From the NCBI RefSeq assembly GCF_057098645.1, contig NZ_CM169472.1: DNA of 64,000 nt; one strand, given 5' to 3'. Positions 1 through 10,865 of the stretch are shown here, piece by piece. The position numbers were made by a program, and so were the translations under genes. Below the pieces are notes generated by a model, which saw nothing but the letters and a program-made list of their open reading frames with translations, had not been told where the DNA came from and ran no database searches. Within the stretch, counting starts at the first letter, position 1; each line of letters starts with the position of its first letter.

Positions 1-1137
1 CTGGCTGCGGCCGGTGTTGGTTTTAGCGTTACGTTAATCTTGTTGATTGGGCTTTGGGCGTTGATGTGCTACACGGCGCTATTACTGCTGGAGGTGTACC
101 AGCATGTTCCGGCAGATACCGGTCTGGGCACGCTGGCAAAACGCTATCTGGGACGCTACGGTCAATGGCTGACGGGCTTCAGTATGATGTTCTTAATGTA
201 TGCTCTGACTGCGGCATACATCAGCGGTGCCGGTGAATTGTTGGCCTCCAGCATCAGCGACTGGACAGGTATTTCAATGTCGGCAACCGCTGGCGTGCTG
301 TTGTTCACTTTTGTTGCCGGTGGCGTGGTTTGTGTTGGAACATCGCTGGTCGATTTATTTAACCGTTTTCTGTTCAGCGCCAAAATTATTTTTTTGGTGG
401 TGATGTTGGTATTGCTGCTACCGCATATTCACAAAGTGAATCTTTTAACCCTGCCGTTGCAACAGGGGCTGGCACTGTCTGCAATCCCGGTGATTTTTAC
501 GTCGTTTGGTTTTCACGGTAGCGTGCCGAGTATTGTCAGCTATATGGATGGCAACATTCGTAAGCTACGCTGGGTGTTTATAACCGGTAGTGCGATCCCC
601 CTGGTGGCATATATTTTCTGGCAGGTGGCGACGCTTGGCAGCATTGATTCAACAACCTTTATGGGATTGCTGGCTAATCATGCCGGATTAAACGGGCTGT
701 TACAGGCGTTACGCGAAATGGTGGCCTCTCCGCATGTTGAGCTGGCAGTGCATTTATTTGCTGATTTAGCCCTCGCCACGTCATTTCTCGGCGTTGCGTT
801 AGGCTTATTTGATTATCTGGCTGATTTGTTTCAGCGTTCAAATACCGTTGGTGGACGATTGCAAACTGGAGCAATTACCTTTCTGCCGCCGTTGGCGTTT
901 GCACTGTTTTATCCACGAGGATTTGTGATGGCGCTGGGTTACGCCGGTGTGGCGCTGGCGGTACTGGCATTGATTATCCCTTCGCTGTTGACCTGGCAAA
1001 GCAGAAGGCACAATCCTCAAGCGGGTTACCGGGTCAAAGGTGGTCGTCCGGCGCTGGTGGTGGTGTTTCTCTGTGGTATTGCTGTGATTGGCGTGCAATT
1101 TTTGATTGCGGCAGGGTTGTTACCAGAAGTGGGGTGA
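1..1137 (+). CDS. tyrP: Tyrosine-specific transport protein TyrP (5' end outside window)
   Basis: Frame-1 translation from base 1 ([36 protein letters not shown]...) matches the HAAAP-family aromatic amino acid permease; multi-TM hydrophobic profile; ORF track 40..1137 is the internal-Met part. Confidence 0.88.
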   Translation: MAAAGVGFSVTLILLIGLWALMCYTALLLLEVYQHVPADTGLGTLAKRYLGRYGQWLTGFSMMFLMYALTAAYISGAGELLASSISDWTGISMSATAGVLLFTFVAGGVVCVGTSLVDLFNRFLFSAKIIFLVVMLVLLLPHIHKVNLLTLPLQQGLALSAIPVIFTSFGFHGSVPSIVSYMDGNIRKLRWVFITGSAIPLVAYIFWQVATLGSIDSTTFMGLLANHAGLNGLLQALREMVASPHVELAVHLFADLALATSFLGVALGLFDYLADLFQRSNTVGGRLQTGAITFLPPLAFALFYPRGFVMALGYAGVALAVLALIIPSLLTWQSRRHNPQAGYRVKGGRPALVVVFLCGIAVIGVQFLIAAGLLPEVG

Positions 1138-1198
1138 TCAGATAGCCTCAAATTCCTTATTGGGTGCCAGAATTAACGCTGACACCCAATTTGACTTC

Positions 1199-1864
1199 TT
1201 AATGCAGGCAGCACTGCTTAAATTTCTTACCACTACCGCACGGGCAAGGATCGTTACGCCCCGGTTTCTCTTCTGCTTTGATCGGTTGCTGAACAGCTTT
1301 TTCCTGCGGATGCGCCATCCAGTACGCATGTAGATCAAGCGCCGCCAGTCGAATGGCATCTACGCTCTCTTCAAACGCTTCTGGCGACATCTTCTCTACC
1401 CGCTCGAAGTTTTCCTCAGTACCGTGCAGCGCAATCGCCTCCAGCGCTGGTTTTAACGAATCGGGCAATGTTGACCAGTCAGAAAGTGCCACGCCCCGCA
1501 TATAGCCAAAGCACCACTCCTCAACAATCGTCAGCTCGCTGCCATCAACTTCTCGCAAGCCGAATAACGGCTCAAACTGCTCCGGGAATTCGTTCAGACG
1601 CTCTGCGGTATCGGCCATATGTTGAAAAGCCAGGTTCATAAAGCGCGTCATCTCTTTCTCTGACGCCCAGCGCGGCACATAGTCAGCCCCACCCCACACG
1701 GCAACCAGCCACTGTGCCGGTTCAATCTCTTGCGGAGAACTCAACACCGCCGTCAATAAACCGTCCAGCTCCGCCACATCAAGGATGGCGTGGTCAGTGT
1801 TGTATTTGGTCAGAATATCGTCCAGCCATTCCAACTCACTTTCGTTTAACGGTCCCGTTTTCAT
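1199..1864 (-). CDS. yecA: UPF0149 family protein YecA with C-terminal SEC-C metal-binding motif
   Basis: 221-aa ORF ending ...[20 protein letters not shown] (SecA-like metal-binding domain); position between tyrP and the leuZ tRNA operon as in E. coli. Confidence 0.88.
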   Translation of the reverse strand: MKTGPLNESELEWLDDILTKYNTDHAILDVAELDGLLTAVLSSPQEIEPAQWLVAVWGGADYVPRWASEKEMTRFMNLAFQHMADTAERLNEFPEQFEPLFGLREVDGSELTIVEEWCFGYMRGVALSDWSTLPDSLKPALEAIALHGTEENFERVEKMSPEAFEESVDAIRLAALDLHAYWMAHPQEKAVQQPIKAEEKPGRNDPCPCGSGKKFKQCCLH

Positions 1865-1985
1865 ACGCTTTTCCTTGTGGATCTCAACTCGCCAGCACCT
1901 ATCTTACATGCCGGTCCGTATCAGAGATACTTTTTGAGTGGCTTTGCCGGTGATTAAAAATCAAGGAGGGTGTAACGACAAGTTG

Positions 1986-2115
1986 CAGGCACAAAAAAAC
2001 CACCCGAAGGTGGTTTCACGACACTGCTTATTGCTTTGATTTTATTCTTATCTTTCCCATGGTACCCGGAGCGGGACTTGAACCCGCACAGCGCGAACGC
2101 CGAGGGATTTTAAAT
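1986..2115. repeat. Left direct repeat (attL) of island: 130-bp copy of leuZ 3' end (56 nt) plus downstream terminator region
   Basis: 130 bp with one mismatch to 30579..30708; contains a tRNA-Leu 3' fragment (2060..2115, minus) and a hairpin/T-run copy (about 1993..2017). Confidence 0.85.
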
Positions 2116-2412
2116 TCTACGCAATATCAATGAGTTACATAGCAGTGCATTGCGAAACTTTGCTGACGTTGAATGGTCGTCTTTGCAACCACTGGCAGAA
2201 AATGGATAGCCGTAGATTGCGTTGAGCACAGAAACAGCACAGGGTAATCGTCTACTTGGTCCTGTAAAGGAGGTTGTTGCCACACAAGCTAAAGCGCTTG
2301 ACCTGCCCCCAGTATTCGGTACAACTGTCAGTTAGTAATATCTGTTCTGTGAACCGCTCTCTGAATGTGATCCATTCATAATCAGCGCTACCTTTAGAGG
2401 TTGAATACCCAG

Positions 2413-2440
2413 CCCCTGGTAAACATAACGTTCCAGGGGG
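2413..2440 (-). terminator. Putative rho-independent terminator downstream of the DUF262/DUF1524 gene
   Basis: Inverted repeat cccctgg...ccagggg just 3' of the minus-strand ORF ending at 2463. Confidence 0.4.
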
Positions 2441-2462
2441 TACTTTGCGATGAAGGATATTT

Positions 2463-4334
2463 TTACAGCGTAAATTCGTTTCCGGGTCCAGTGCCCAGGT
2501 TATTTACTATATAAGCATCTATTCTCTGATCATTAAATCGCCAGCAGTCAATGGCAAGATCCATCAGCAGGCGTTGCCTTGATGTGATGCTTTCCGCAGA
2601 CCAGTCTTGATATTCATATCCATATTTCAGCTTAAAGCGATTTAATGCAGTGTTATCACCAATTGAGTACTGGGAGTGGAGTAATCGAGTCATGATGATT
2701 TCAGAGTTTAAATATTCTGTTTGTTTTTTCAAAAACCAGTCTTCACTCAAATCATTGCAGTTATTGACAGACTGGTTAATTGTACCCTCTAATAATGTTA
2801 CATTACCAAGTTTGTAGAGATAACTTGTTCGATTTACATCAGAGAACTCCCCGTTTTCAGGGGCGTTTCGTACCGTCTGAGGAAGAATATGCTCAATTTG
2901 CATCTGCTGAATAGCCTGCTGGCTCTTTTCCGGAAAACCGCAAAGATGGCGGATATGATTCTCTAATCTACCCAATACATAACGTTGGCGATACTGAGGC
3001 GTAAAATTATAGTCATTAATAATTGAGAATCGTTCTTTAAATTCATCTAAACGCTCCACAACAAAAGGTATAAGTGTTGCTGAAACAACATTTGCAACCT
3101 CTGCTTTCGTTTTCACATCCCGAAGCTTTACAGCCCATTGAGTAAAGCGTTGCTCATATGTCTTCGATTGAATAGCCATTGTATTTGTAAAGAATAAAAA
3201 GCTCTCAAGTTGAGCACCTAAGAAATCCATTACATCATCTGAACAACTAATATCCAATGCCATTAGTAAAACCAAATGCTGACGTGAGCGATATTTATTA
3301 ATATATCCAATGTTACTTACGTTTGGAAAACGGATATTTTCACGCCAGTAGGCTGCTTCATTTGTTGCATTGACCAGGTTAGCGTATCGTTCTGATAATT
3401 TTTCCAATTCTTTGACGAGGACCATAGGGCGTGTCTTATACTGCAACGACAGTTCCCCCTCAGCTGAAATGATCCATTTATATATATCATCTTCACGCAA
3501 AATCCCGTGATGATATCGTGCCATCAGAAAGTAACGTAAAAAACGAAGCGGGTTATCACTTTCGCCGCAAGACTCAAGGTTATTAGTGATGGATTTCCAT
3601 GTTGTCTTTATTGCCGAAAACTGTTCTTCTTTTATCTGACTGAAAATCAAATTTTTAACAAGATCCATAGCATTAAGGCTGGCACCACGCTGATTGATCG
3701 TTTCGAAGATCTTTAATGCGCTACTTAAGTTCTCTGATTCAATGACAACCAGCTCAACTTTTGTTAAAAAAAAGCGAGCGAAGGAGATTAATCCATTCAA
3801 GCTATCTTGCAATTGGTATTTAAGATAATCACGAATGTGATCATACGCGTCAGCCATTTTTTTTACTGAAGCTGTTTCCGCAAAGGTATTGGTTTGCCCT
3901 TCAATTAACCGCGAAATAAATCCTCGACTTTCTTCATATTGAAGATCTAGTCTAATTAGATTTTCCTCACTATTAATATCATAACTAGAGAGCCATTCCT
4001 CAATAGTTTTCAGATATTCCAGCCCTTTTTTGTCAAGTGTATCCAATCTATCTTTTAATAGATCCCGTAAGGCACACATAGTGATGACAATAGTGGTCAA
4101 CCGCTGCTGTCCGTCAATAACATCATGCTTTTCCCCATTCTTTACGATAATAACAGAACCGAGAAAATAACCATTTTGATCTTTCTGCTCTGGTTGGTAT
4201 TCATTGTCTAAATCCATGAGAAACTGTTCAACCTGATCATCAACCTTCCATACATACTCACGTTGATAATCGGGAACTAAAAAATAATAATCGCTTAATT
4301 TTGATATATTTTTTACATCGGCTTCTATTTTCAT
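2463..4334 (-). CDS. DUF262 (ParB-like NTPase) / DUF1524 (HNH-like) fusion protein, GmrSD-like type IV restriction-type nuclease
   Basis: 623-aa ORF; N-terminal DGQQR motif typical of DUF262, C-terminal ...QIEHILPQ... His-Me finger-like motif typical of DUF1524; AT-rich. Confidence 0.65.
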   Translation of the reverse strand: MKIEADVKNISKLSDYYFLVPDYQREYVWKVDDQVEQFLMDLDNEYQPEQKDQNGYFLGSVIIVKNGEKHDVIDGQQRLTTIVITMCALRDLLKDRLDTLDKKGLEYLKTIEEWLSSYDINSEENLIRLDLQYEESRGFISRLIEGQTNTFAETASVKKMADAYDHIRDYLKYQLQDSLNGLISFARFFLTKVELVVIESENLSSALKIFETINQRGASLNAMDLVKNLIFSQIKEEQFSAIKTTWKSITNNLESCGESDNPLRFLRYFLMARYHHGILREDDIYKWIISAEGELSLQYKTRPMVLVKELEKLSERYANLVNATNEAAYWRENIRFPNVSNIGYINKYRSRQHLVLLMALDISCSDDVMDFLGAQLESFLFFTNTMAIQSKTYEQRFTQWAVKLRDVKTKAEVANVVSATLIPFVVERLDEFKERFSIINDYNFTPQYRQRYVLGRLENHIRHLCGFPEKSQQAIQQMQIEHILPQTVRNAPENGEFSDVNRTSYLYKLGNVTLLEGTINQSVNNCNDLSEDWFLKKQTEYLNSEIIMTRLLHSQYSIGDNTALNRFKLKYGYEYQDWSAESITSRQRLLMDLAIDCWRFNDQRIDAYIVNNLGTGPGNEFTL

Positions 4335-4391
4335 TTTATATCCTTACATAGCTGGATGAACACCATAGATCATACTGATCCCAGATCCAAT

Positions 4392-4901
4392 TCACAAACG
4401 AACAGGAGAGTAGACCCCTTCTACATTACAGCTATCTCCGTCATCAAAAATCAACTCTCCTGCACTATAACCATCCATGGATAAAATAGCCTTTTCATTG
4501 AGAGCCAGACTAAGGCACATTGATGTTTTTATCATATTATCTGTACCATAAATCTCATACCAGTTATCTTCTTTTTTAGAAACCTCTACCTCATACTTTC
4601 CTGAGTCAATATTAACCATGCTAAATACATTATCTACATCACATGAATCCTTGCTATCTGTAAAAATTATTTTTTTATCATAGCCATCAACCCTGAGATA
4701 TGCGTCTTCAGAATAAGCATAAACATAACAATATTTAGTATTAACAAAAGAATCCTTCCCAGTAATTTGATATAAATTACTATCTTTTCTTGTGACATTT
4801 ATTTCCCACGTATTGGCATGAACATAACCTGGAGCCAAAAACAGGGTTAATAAGAACGGTCCAATCTTGGCTTTAAAGTTTCTAACAATTTTGAAAAACA
4901 T
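4392..4901 (-). CDS. Secreted hypothetical protein with internal tandem duplication
   Basis: 169-aa ORF; N-terminal signal peptide (...LLTLFLAPGYVHA); two ~50-aa repeats each ending in a DSCDV/DSCNV motif; no recognisable family. Confidence 0.55.
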   Translation of the reverse strand: MFFKIVRNFKAKIGPFLLTLFLAPGYVHANTWEINVTRKDSNLYQITGKDSFVNTKYCYVYAYSEDAYLRVDGYDKKIIFTDSKDSCDVDNVFSMVNIDSGKYEVEVSKKEDNWYEIYGTDNMIKTSMCLSLALNEKAILSMDGYSAGELIFDDGDSCNVEGVYSPVRL

Positions 4902-4952
4902 AAAACCCCTTCTTATATAGTTCTGTAATATGTTAATTTAGCTGGGCTCTTA

Positions 4953-5708
4953 CTACATATCAGCCAACAACATCCCAGCCATGCCATCCAGCCGTTTCTT
5001 GACCTTTTCCCACCCAGGCATAACCTGCCCCATCAGGCGGTAAAACTCTTCACTGTGGTTGTGCTCAGCAACATGGCATAACTCATGTAGCAAAACATAA
5101 TCGATACATTCTGAGGATGCCTTAACCAGCCATGGATTCAGGGTCAGACAGCCTTTTGCTGAACAGTTGCCCCATTGCGTTTGCATCGCCCGCAGACGTA
5201 TCGGAGGACGCTCACTGACCCAAAGGGTCTGCGGAATCAGTAAATCAAGCCTGCGCTGAAAAACATCTCTGGCACGTTCCCGATACCATTCAGCCAGCAA
5301 GGCTTTAATCTTTTCTGCCGATTTGTGTCTGACAGTCACTTCCAGACGCCCACGCAACATTTTCACTCGTTGCGGCACAGTAGCGTCTTCTGTCACTTTC
5401 AACTGATATTGCTTACCGAGATAATAATGGCTTTCTCCGCTGACATACTGACGCGGAACAATGTGTGTCTGTTGCTCCCTGAAATCACGCAGTTGCTGGT
5501 ATATCCAGCGCCCACGTTTTTTCAGCGCAGACAATACCTCGTGCTCCGGTGTTTCAGGCGGTACAGAGGCCACAACCCGGCAGTCCGGATAAACCTTGAT
5601 GAGCACCCTGCCCTTTACGACCTGACGCGGAACACACTGTACGACGATGACCTCATCACCATAGACAATGCGTAACGCTTTCATTGATGGCGATTCTTTT
5701 TCACTCAT
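4953..5708 (-). CDS. DUF45 / M48-like zinc metallopeptidase (YgjP-like)
   Basis: 251-aa ORF with HELCHVAEHNH (HExxH) motif; start overlaps hsdR stop by 4 bp, implying co-transcription; this family commonly follows hsdR. Confidence 0.7.
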   Translation of the reverse strand: MSEKESPSMKALRIVYGDEVIVVQCVPRQVVKGRVLIKVYPDCRVVASVPPETPEHEVLSALKKRGRWIYQQLRDFREQQTHIVPRQYVSGESHYYLGKQYQLKVTEDATVPQRVKMLRGRLEVTVRHKSAEKIKALLAEWYRERARDVFQRRLDLLIPQTLWVSERPPIRLRAMQTQWGNCSAKGCLTLNPWLVKASSECIDYVLLHELCHVAEHNHSEEFYRLMGQVMPGWEKVKKRLDGMAGMLLADM

Positions 5709-8700
5709 GATTTCATCAAACCAACGCGCAGTATCTGGATGATGGTTTCCACAATACGGTTAACCTGATTCATTCCGGCACCAATTTCCCGGCAGGCCGT
5801 AAACAGCAGTGGTAGCAGACTTGTCTTAACGACTTTCTCAATGTCCTGGGGGTTCAGGGAGTTTTCTGCCACCGCTTTGACGATAATGTTGTCCACGTCA
5901 AAAGCCAGCTTCGTCCACTTATCCTGCACTTGAACGTCTTTTACCACAAAAACCTCAGGTAGCTCTTTTTTAAATACACCGTAATATGCCTGAGCATGCT
6001 TGTTTACCGCCAAAGCATCCGGGATATCACTGAGCTTACGGGCTTTAACCTGTTCTTCAAACTCACGGAATAAGAGGTACTGCTTAAGTGGATGGTCGAA
6101 CAGTTTTTCAGCCTCTTCGATTGCCATACGCAGGAGTCTGGAAAAGGCCTCCTGAGCATACGGATCATCACGCAGCTCCTGCTCAATCATCTTCGTCACA
6201 CGGGTTTTAATGATGTCGGTTTCATTGCGGGTTTTATTGTTATCCCACTCTTCGGGTTTTTCGCTCTTGCCCATTTTACCGACTTCATACACGCCATCCG
6301 GTTCACGAACCTCAACGCCGGTAACATGCTTATCCAGCAATTTTTTCACCTGCTCAGCGTAGTCGTCATAATTGACCTGCTCTCCACTTACCTGCATCGC
6401 CCACTGGCGAAGGCTGGACATCTGTTTTACGGTTTCTTTATAGAGATTTCGGTCTTGTTCCGTAAAGCTCTTGTCGGTGAAGAAGGTAGCGGACTGCAGT
6501 GCCACTTTCAGGCATCCGGCAAAGGCCGTTAACGCCTCGAAGAAATCATCACGGGTTTTCTGATGGATATCGACCATCTCTCCGTCACGTTCTTCCATTT
6601 TAGGCACCAGTACTGCACGTAACTGCTCAGTATCATTTTTGTTTTTAACACCGGCAAATATGGCCCACAACTGGTTATACAGATGCGGCAGACGTTTATA
6701 TTCAGAGCTCATGGCGCTGTACAGCCCGTCAATATCCTTGATGTCGTATCCTCCCTGGGTTCGGGAGGCGAGATCCTGATATTTGCCGATAGTCGTGTCC
6801 AGTTCAGCCAGAATGCCGCGATAATCAATCAGCAGGCCAAACTTTTTCAGTGGATGCAGACGGTTTACCCTTGCAATCGCCTGGATAAGGTTGTGGGACT
6901 TAAGCGGCTTGTCGATATACAGCACGGTATTCTTCGGTTCATCAAATCCGGTGAGCAGTTTATCAACGACGATCAGTAATTTGAGCTTATCATCAGTATC
7001 GAAACGACTGATGATATTGCGGGTATACACAGACTCATCCTGCATGCCGACGTTATCTTTCCACCATTTCGTCACTTCCGGCAGTTTGCTTTCATCCACC
7101 TCAGTATTCCCTTCCCGGGTATCCGGCGGGCTGATAACTACAGCTGACTCAAACAACCCGGCTTCATCAAGATACTTTTTATATTTGATGGCGGAAATCT
7201 TGCTGTCGCAGGCAAGTTGGCCTTTCAGCCCCTCATCAATATTCTTCGAGAAGTGTGTGGCGATATCGAGTGCGATCAGCCGGATGCGGTCATCTGCACT
7301 GTAGACCTCACCTTTACGGGCATATTTACGTTTAAGGTCGGCTTTTTGCGCTTCGCTTAACCCATCGGTAATACGGTCAAACCAGGCATCTATTGCCCGA
7401 TCGTTAACCTCAAGGTCGGGAATACGTTCTTCATACAGCAAAGGTGTAACGGCTTTATCTTCTACCGCTCGCTGCATGGTATAAGCGTGGACAATCGGCC
7501 CGAATTTATTGGTGGTCTTATCTTCTTTTAGCAATGGCGTACCGGTGAATGCCACAAAGGCGGCGTTCGGCAGTGCCAGTTTCATTCGCACATGGTTCTC
7601 ACCCCCCTGGCTGCGGTGTCCTTCATCAATCAGAACGATGATGTCGGGGCTGGTATTGACGCATTCAGGCAATTTTGTCGCTGAGTTAAATTTCTGGATA
7701 AGGGTAAAGATTATACGTTCTTTACCAGAGCCAATCTGCTGTGCCAGCTTCTGACCTGAGGTCGCCATCGCTTTGGCCTTATCATCCTTCCCTGCCAGTT
7801 CGCCACCAGAGACAAAAGTGCCGCTGAGCTGCCCTTCAAGGTCCACGCGGTCCGTCACCACCACAATACGACACTGCTTCAGGCTGTCATGAAGGATCAG
7901 CGCCTTGCTGAGGAATACCATGGTGTAAGATTTACCTGACCTCGTGGTATGCCAGATCACCCCACCTTCCCTGCCCCCGTCTGGTCTGCGGGTACTGATG
8001 CGTTCCAGCAGTCTTTTTATCCCGAACACCTGCTGATAGCGGGCAACAATTTTTCCGGTTTTTTTATCAAACAGGGTGAAGAAGCGGGTCATCTCCAGCA
8101 GACGTTCCGGTGAAAGCAGACTGATGAGCAGCTTATCCTGCCCGCTGACTGCCAGTTCCCCCCCATCGATTAACTGTTGATACCATTTGAGATCGACTGA
8201 AGGACGATGATCAAACAACGCATGAATTTGTTCAGTCGATAACTGATGGTTGCGCAGCGCATACATCTGCGGATCGGTAATATCTTCTTCGCGCCATGCC
8301 GCCCAGAATTTCATTGGCGTATGGCATGTACCGTAGCGCCCGTCATGACCGTTAATCGAAAGTAATAACTGGCTGTAGACAAACAGCTGCGGGATTTCAT
8401 CGTTGAACTGGTTGCGGATACTCTGGGATATCCCCTCGTCAATGGTTGGCCCTTTCTTGCCATGACCAGCCGGGCTTTTCGCTTCAATAACAGCCAGCGG
8501 GATACCATTAACAAAGCAGACAATATCCGGTCTGCGGGTTTCAACACCGCCTGACCGCAATACCGTAAATTCTTCAGTAAAATGGAACTGGTTATTTTCC
8601 GGATGTTCCCAGTCGATCAGCGCAATGGTGGGGTTGACCTTCTTGCCATCGACAAATTCGGTGACGGCGATACCGTAGAGCAGATGGTTATACATCCGTT

Positions 8701-8989
8701 CATTGGCTTTGAGCAGCCCTTCATTCAGCGCCGGAGAACAGACCTGTGATATCAGGTTATCCAGTGCTTTTTCCGATAACTGGCAGTTTTTGCCACCCGC
8801 CATAAAGGAACGCTTCGACAGCTCTTCACGCAGAACCGGACGCAGCACCACCTCATCCTGTTTATAGCCCCGGTAATCCATAATCTGTTTCGGAGATAAA
8901 AACGTCCAGCCGAGGCTGGTCAGTAACGTCAGTGCCGGGATTTTGGCGCTGTATTCTTCCTGGAATTTAGGTTGGTAGTGCTTATCCAC
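5705..8989 (-). CDS. hsdR: Type I restriction enzyme R (restriction/translocase) subunit
   Basis: 1094-aa ORF with helicase-type motifs (e.g. VLIDEGHRSQ DEAH-like box); operon context with hsdM/hsdS. Confidence 0.88.
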   Translation of the reverse strand: MDKHYQPKFQEEYSAKIPALTLLTSLGWTFLSPKQIMDYRGYKQDEVVLRPVLREELSKRSFMAGGKNCQLSEKALDNLISQVCSPALNEGLLKANERMYNHLLYGIAVTEFVDGKKVNPTIALIDWEHPENNQFHFTEEFTVLRSGGVETRRPDIVCFVNGIPLAVIEAKSPAGHGKKGPTIDEGISQSIRNQFNDEIPQLFVYSQLLLSINGHDGRYGTCHTPMKFWAAWREEDITDPQMYALRNHQLSTEQIHALFDHRPSVDLKWYQQLIDGGELAVSGQDKLLISLLSPERLLEMTRFFTLFDKKTGKIVARYQQVFGIKRLLERISTRRPDGGREGGVIWHTTRSGKSYTMVFLSKALILHDSLKQCRIVVVTDRVDLEGQLSGTFVSGGELAGKDDKAKAMATSGQKLAQQIGSGKERIIFTLIQKFNSATKLPECVNTSPDIIVLIDEGHRSQGGENHVRMKLALPNAAFVAFTGTPLLKEDKTTNKFGPIVHAYTMQRAVEDKAVTPLLYEERIPDLEVNDRAIDAWFDRITDGLSEAQKADLKRKYARKGEVYSADDRIRLIALDIATHFSKNIDEGLKGQLACDSKISAIKYKKYLDEAGLFESAVVISPPDTREGNTEVDESKLPEVTKWWKDNVGMQDESVYTRNIISRFDTDDKLKLLIVVDKLLTGFDEPKNTVLYIDKPLKSHNLIQAIARVNRLHPLKKFGLLIDYRGILAELDTTIGKYQDLASRTQGGYDIKDIDGLYSAMSSEYKRLPHLYNQLWAIFAGVKNKNDTEQLRAVLVPKMEERDGEMVDIHQKTRDDFFEALTAFAGCLKVALQSATFFTDKSFTEQDRNLYKETVKQMSSLRQWAMQVSGEQVNYDDYAEQVKKLLDKHVTGVEVREPDGVYEVGKMGKSEKPEEWDNNKTRNETDIIKTRVTKMIEQELRDDPYAQEAFSRLLRMAIEEAEKLFDHPLKQYLLFREFEEQVKARKLSDIPDALAVNKHAQAYYGVFKKELPEVFVVKDVQVQDKWTKLAFDVDNIIVKAVAENSLNPQDIEKVVKTSLLPLLFTACREIGAGMNQVNRIVETIIQILRVGLMKS

Positions 8990-9058
8990 CCGGTAATCCT
9001 TCTTGGCTAAGAGGTGAAACTGTATGTCCTTACGGACATACTCAAAATGAACGAAGAC

Positions 9059-10843
9059 TTATGATGAAAAGAACGGCGAGTCCCGATAAAGGCGATTGTA
9101 CTTGACCTGTTCTGTTTCGCCCTTGTTTACATTACCAAATTTCTCCTGATGCGTCGTACAGCAGGAACCACAGGATGCACAAATAAATCGTCCTTCTGAA
9201 CATTTTTCATGCAAATCCCTGGCGTCAATTATTTCGCTGCATTTGTAACCAATACAGTGATTAATGTAATGCCCGATACCAAACTGTTCGCACGAATGAC
9301 TGGCACATTTAAAGACGGTCAGGCGATACGCGGCCTGGAAAGGTTTTTTCACAAATCCTTTCGACTTTGTATCCCAGACGCTGACTTCCACACGAGCATA
9401 TTTCATATCTGGAACCATCAGCACCCCACAACTTCGGCAATGCAAGCGGGAATGTAATTCTCTGATACGATTGAAATACCCAGCCAGTTTAATTGGGAAA
9501 TCCCGCTTAGAAGGTTCGCCTGCAATCAGATAGGTCATGCCATAGTGGGCAAGCCAGTCATAAATAGTGAAGTCGATGTAATCCCGACTGAGGTCGGGTA
9601 GTACCTGCGGATCATGGCAGATTTTCGAACGACAAAGGAATTTTTTCTCTATCGTTCCGTCAGGTTGTTTTGCATTCCAGTGAAATGCCTCACAGGATAA
9701 TTTTAAATTCCGGGAACGAATTTTCAATGAGCTACACTGTGGGAACAATTTGAAAACAGAAGGATGGCTTACCGGGATTTTACCCGACAACACTCCCTGC
9801 CATATCTCATGCAGAATAATACTCAGAACGGACTGTTCATCGTTACGCCCAATCAGCGGTAACAATTTACTCAGAATAAAGTATTCAGGGTCAGAAGAAA
9901 TTTCAGTATTCGACTCAATATCATTAACAAAACTGAAATCTTTCCTGAACATCTTCTGTTTAATCAAATACTTATTGACAAAAGGACTAATCACGGAATG
10001 TTTATAAAATTGCTCTCTCGATGAGAATTTCTGCTGATAGGCATCACGGACAAATGGTTGTATATCCATTTTATTTTTCGTGAAACTACGTCGAACAAAA
10101 TTCTCTATATCATCATGCCGATGTTCAAGAATCCGCTCGCTGCTTATACAATCGTAAAATGCCAGGTAGAGAATAGCACTTATAGATATATGGCTGAGTA
10201 ATTCATTGATGATGTCCGATGTTGAAGCCCCCTGGCAATCCGTAGCCGCAGAACACCTTTTCACCCAAACAGCGAACTGATCAATGTTATTATCGATAAA
10301 TGACGAAGGCATGACTGCAGGAGATATTTGTTGTGCGGTCAAATCATCAAAATTCTTATCAGAGGCGAAAAGTGCAAACTGGTTATCGTAGTTACGTGAT
10401 TTTAAAAATAGCGGCAAGACTTTTGTAGCAGCTATATCACTGGTAACTAACCGAATTATAGCCCTTTCGCCAAAGGACTGAGTGAGAAAATTAATAACGC
10501 AGTCACGATAACGCCAACGAGCGAAATCAACGCCCTCCTCAATAATAGCCCGGAGATATTCAATAAGGAGCTCAGCCGTCTCCTCATCTGTTTTATCAAG
10601 AATGTGAACATTAAAAGCCGTAGGCTTACCATTTTTACCTGTACCTTCCCTGAACAGCACCGGTGCATTGTCTGCGGGTGTATAGTTCCGGCTTATCTCA
10701 TTCTTATGAAAAAACAGCTCATTACCATTCTCTGATAAGAGAAAGCCAAAGTTATTCTCCCGATCCGTTTTGCTGTTGTAGCCTCCGAACCAGAGAACAT
10801 TTCCCATGTACCACCGGGAACGATCCAGATTGTTCACTGCCAT
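9059..10843 (-). CDS. Hypothetical protein: N-terminal cold-shock-like (OB-fold) domain, large unknown middle region, C-terminal Cys-rich zinc-ribbon-like region
   Basis: ORF 9059..10921; start chosen at internal Met (MAVNNL...) to avoid a 56-bp overlap with the upstream gene; N-terminal NNFGFLLSENGNELFFHKNEI resembles the CspA-type GFGFI...VFVH motif; C-terminus has clustered CxxC / CxH / CxxC motifs. Confidence 0.55.
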   Translation of the reverse strand: MAVNNLDRSRWYMGNVLWFGGYNSKTDRENNFGFLLSENGNELFFHKNEISRNYTPADNAPVLFREGTGKNGKPTAFNVHILDKTDEETAELLIEYLRAIIEEGVDFARWRYRDCVINFLTQSFGERAIIRLVTSDIAATKVLPLFLKSRNYDNQFALFASDKNFDDLTAQQISPAVMPSSFIDNNIDQFAVWVKRCSAATDCQGASTSDIINELLSHISISAILYLAFYDCISSERILEHRHDDIENFVRRSFTKNKMDIQPFVRDAYQQKFSSREQFYKHSVISPFVNKYLIKQKMFRKDFSFVNDIESNTEISSDPEYFILSKLLPLIGRNDEQSVLSIILHEIWQGVLSGKIPVSHPSVFKLFPQCSSLKIRSRNLKLSCEAFHWNAKQPDGTIEKKFLCRSKICHDPQVLPDLSRDYIDFTIYDWLAHYGMTYLIAGEPSKRDFPIKLAGYFNRIRELHSRLHCRSCGVLMVPDMKYARVEVSVWDTKSKGFVKKPFQAAYRLTVFKCASHSCEQFGIGHYINHCIGYKCSEIIDARDLHEKCSEGRFICASCGSCCTTHQEKFGNVNKGETEQVKYNRLYRDSPFFSS

Positions 10844-10865
10844 GAGCAAGCCCCCTTCCGCTTTG

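Noticed and set aside
54-383. Short ORFs 54..236 (+) and 162..383 (-) overlapping tyrP
   Set aside because: They lie within or antisense to the tyrP coding frame; judged spurious.
6004-8547. Multiple antisense or out-of-frame ORFs inside hsdR (e.g. 6092..6532, 6683..6979, 6891..7304, 8311..8547)
   Set aside because: Embedded within a long, well-supported hsdR frame with no independent signals; typical six-frame noise.
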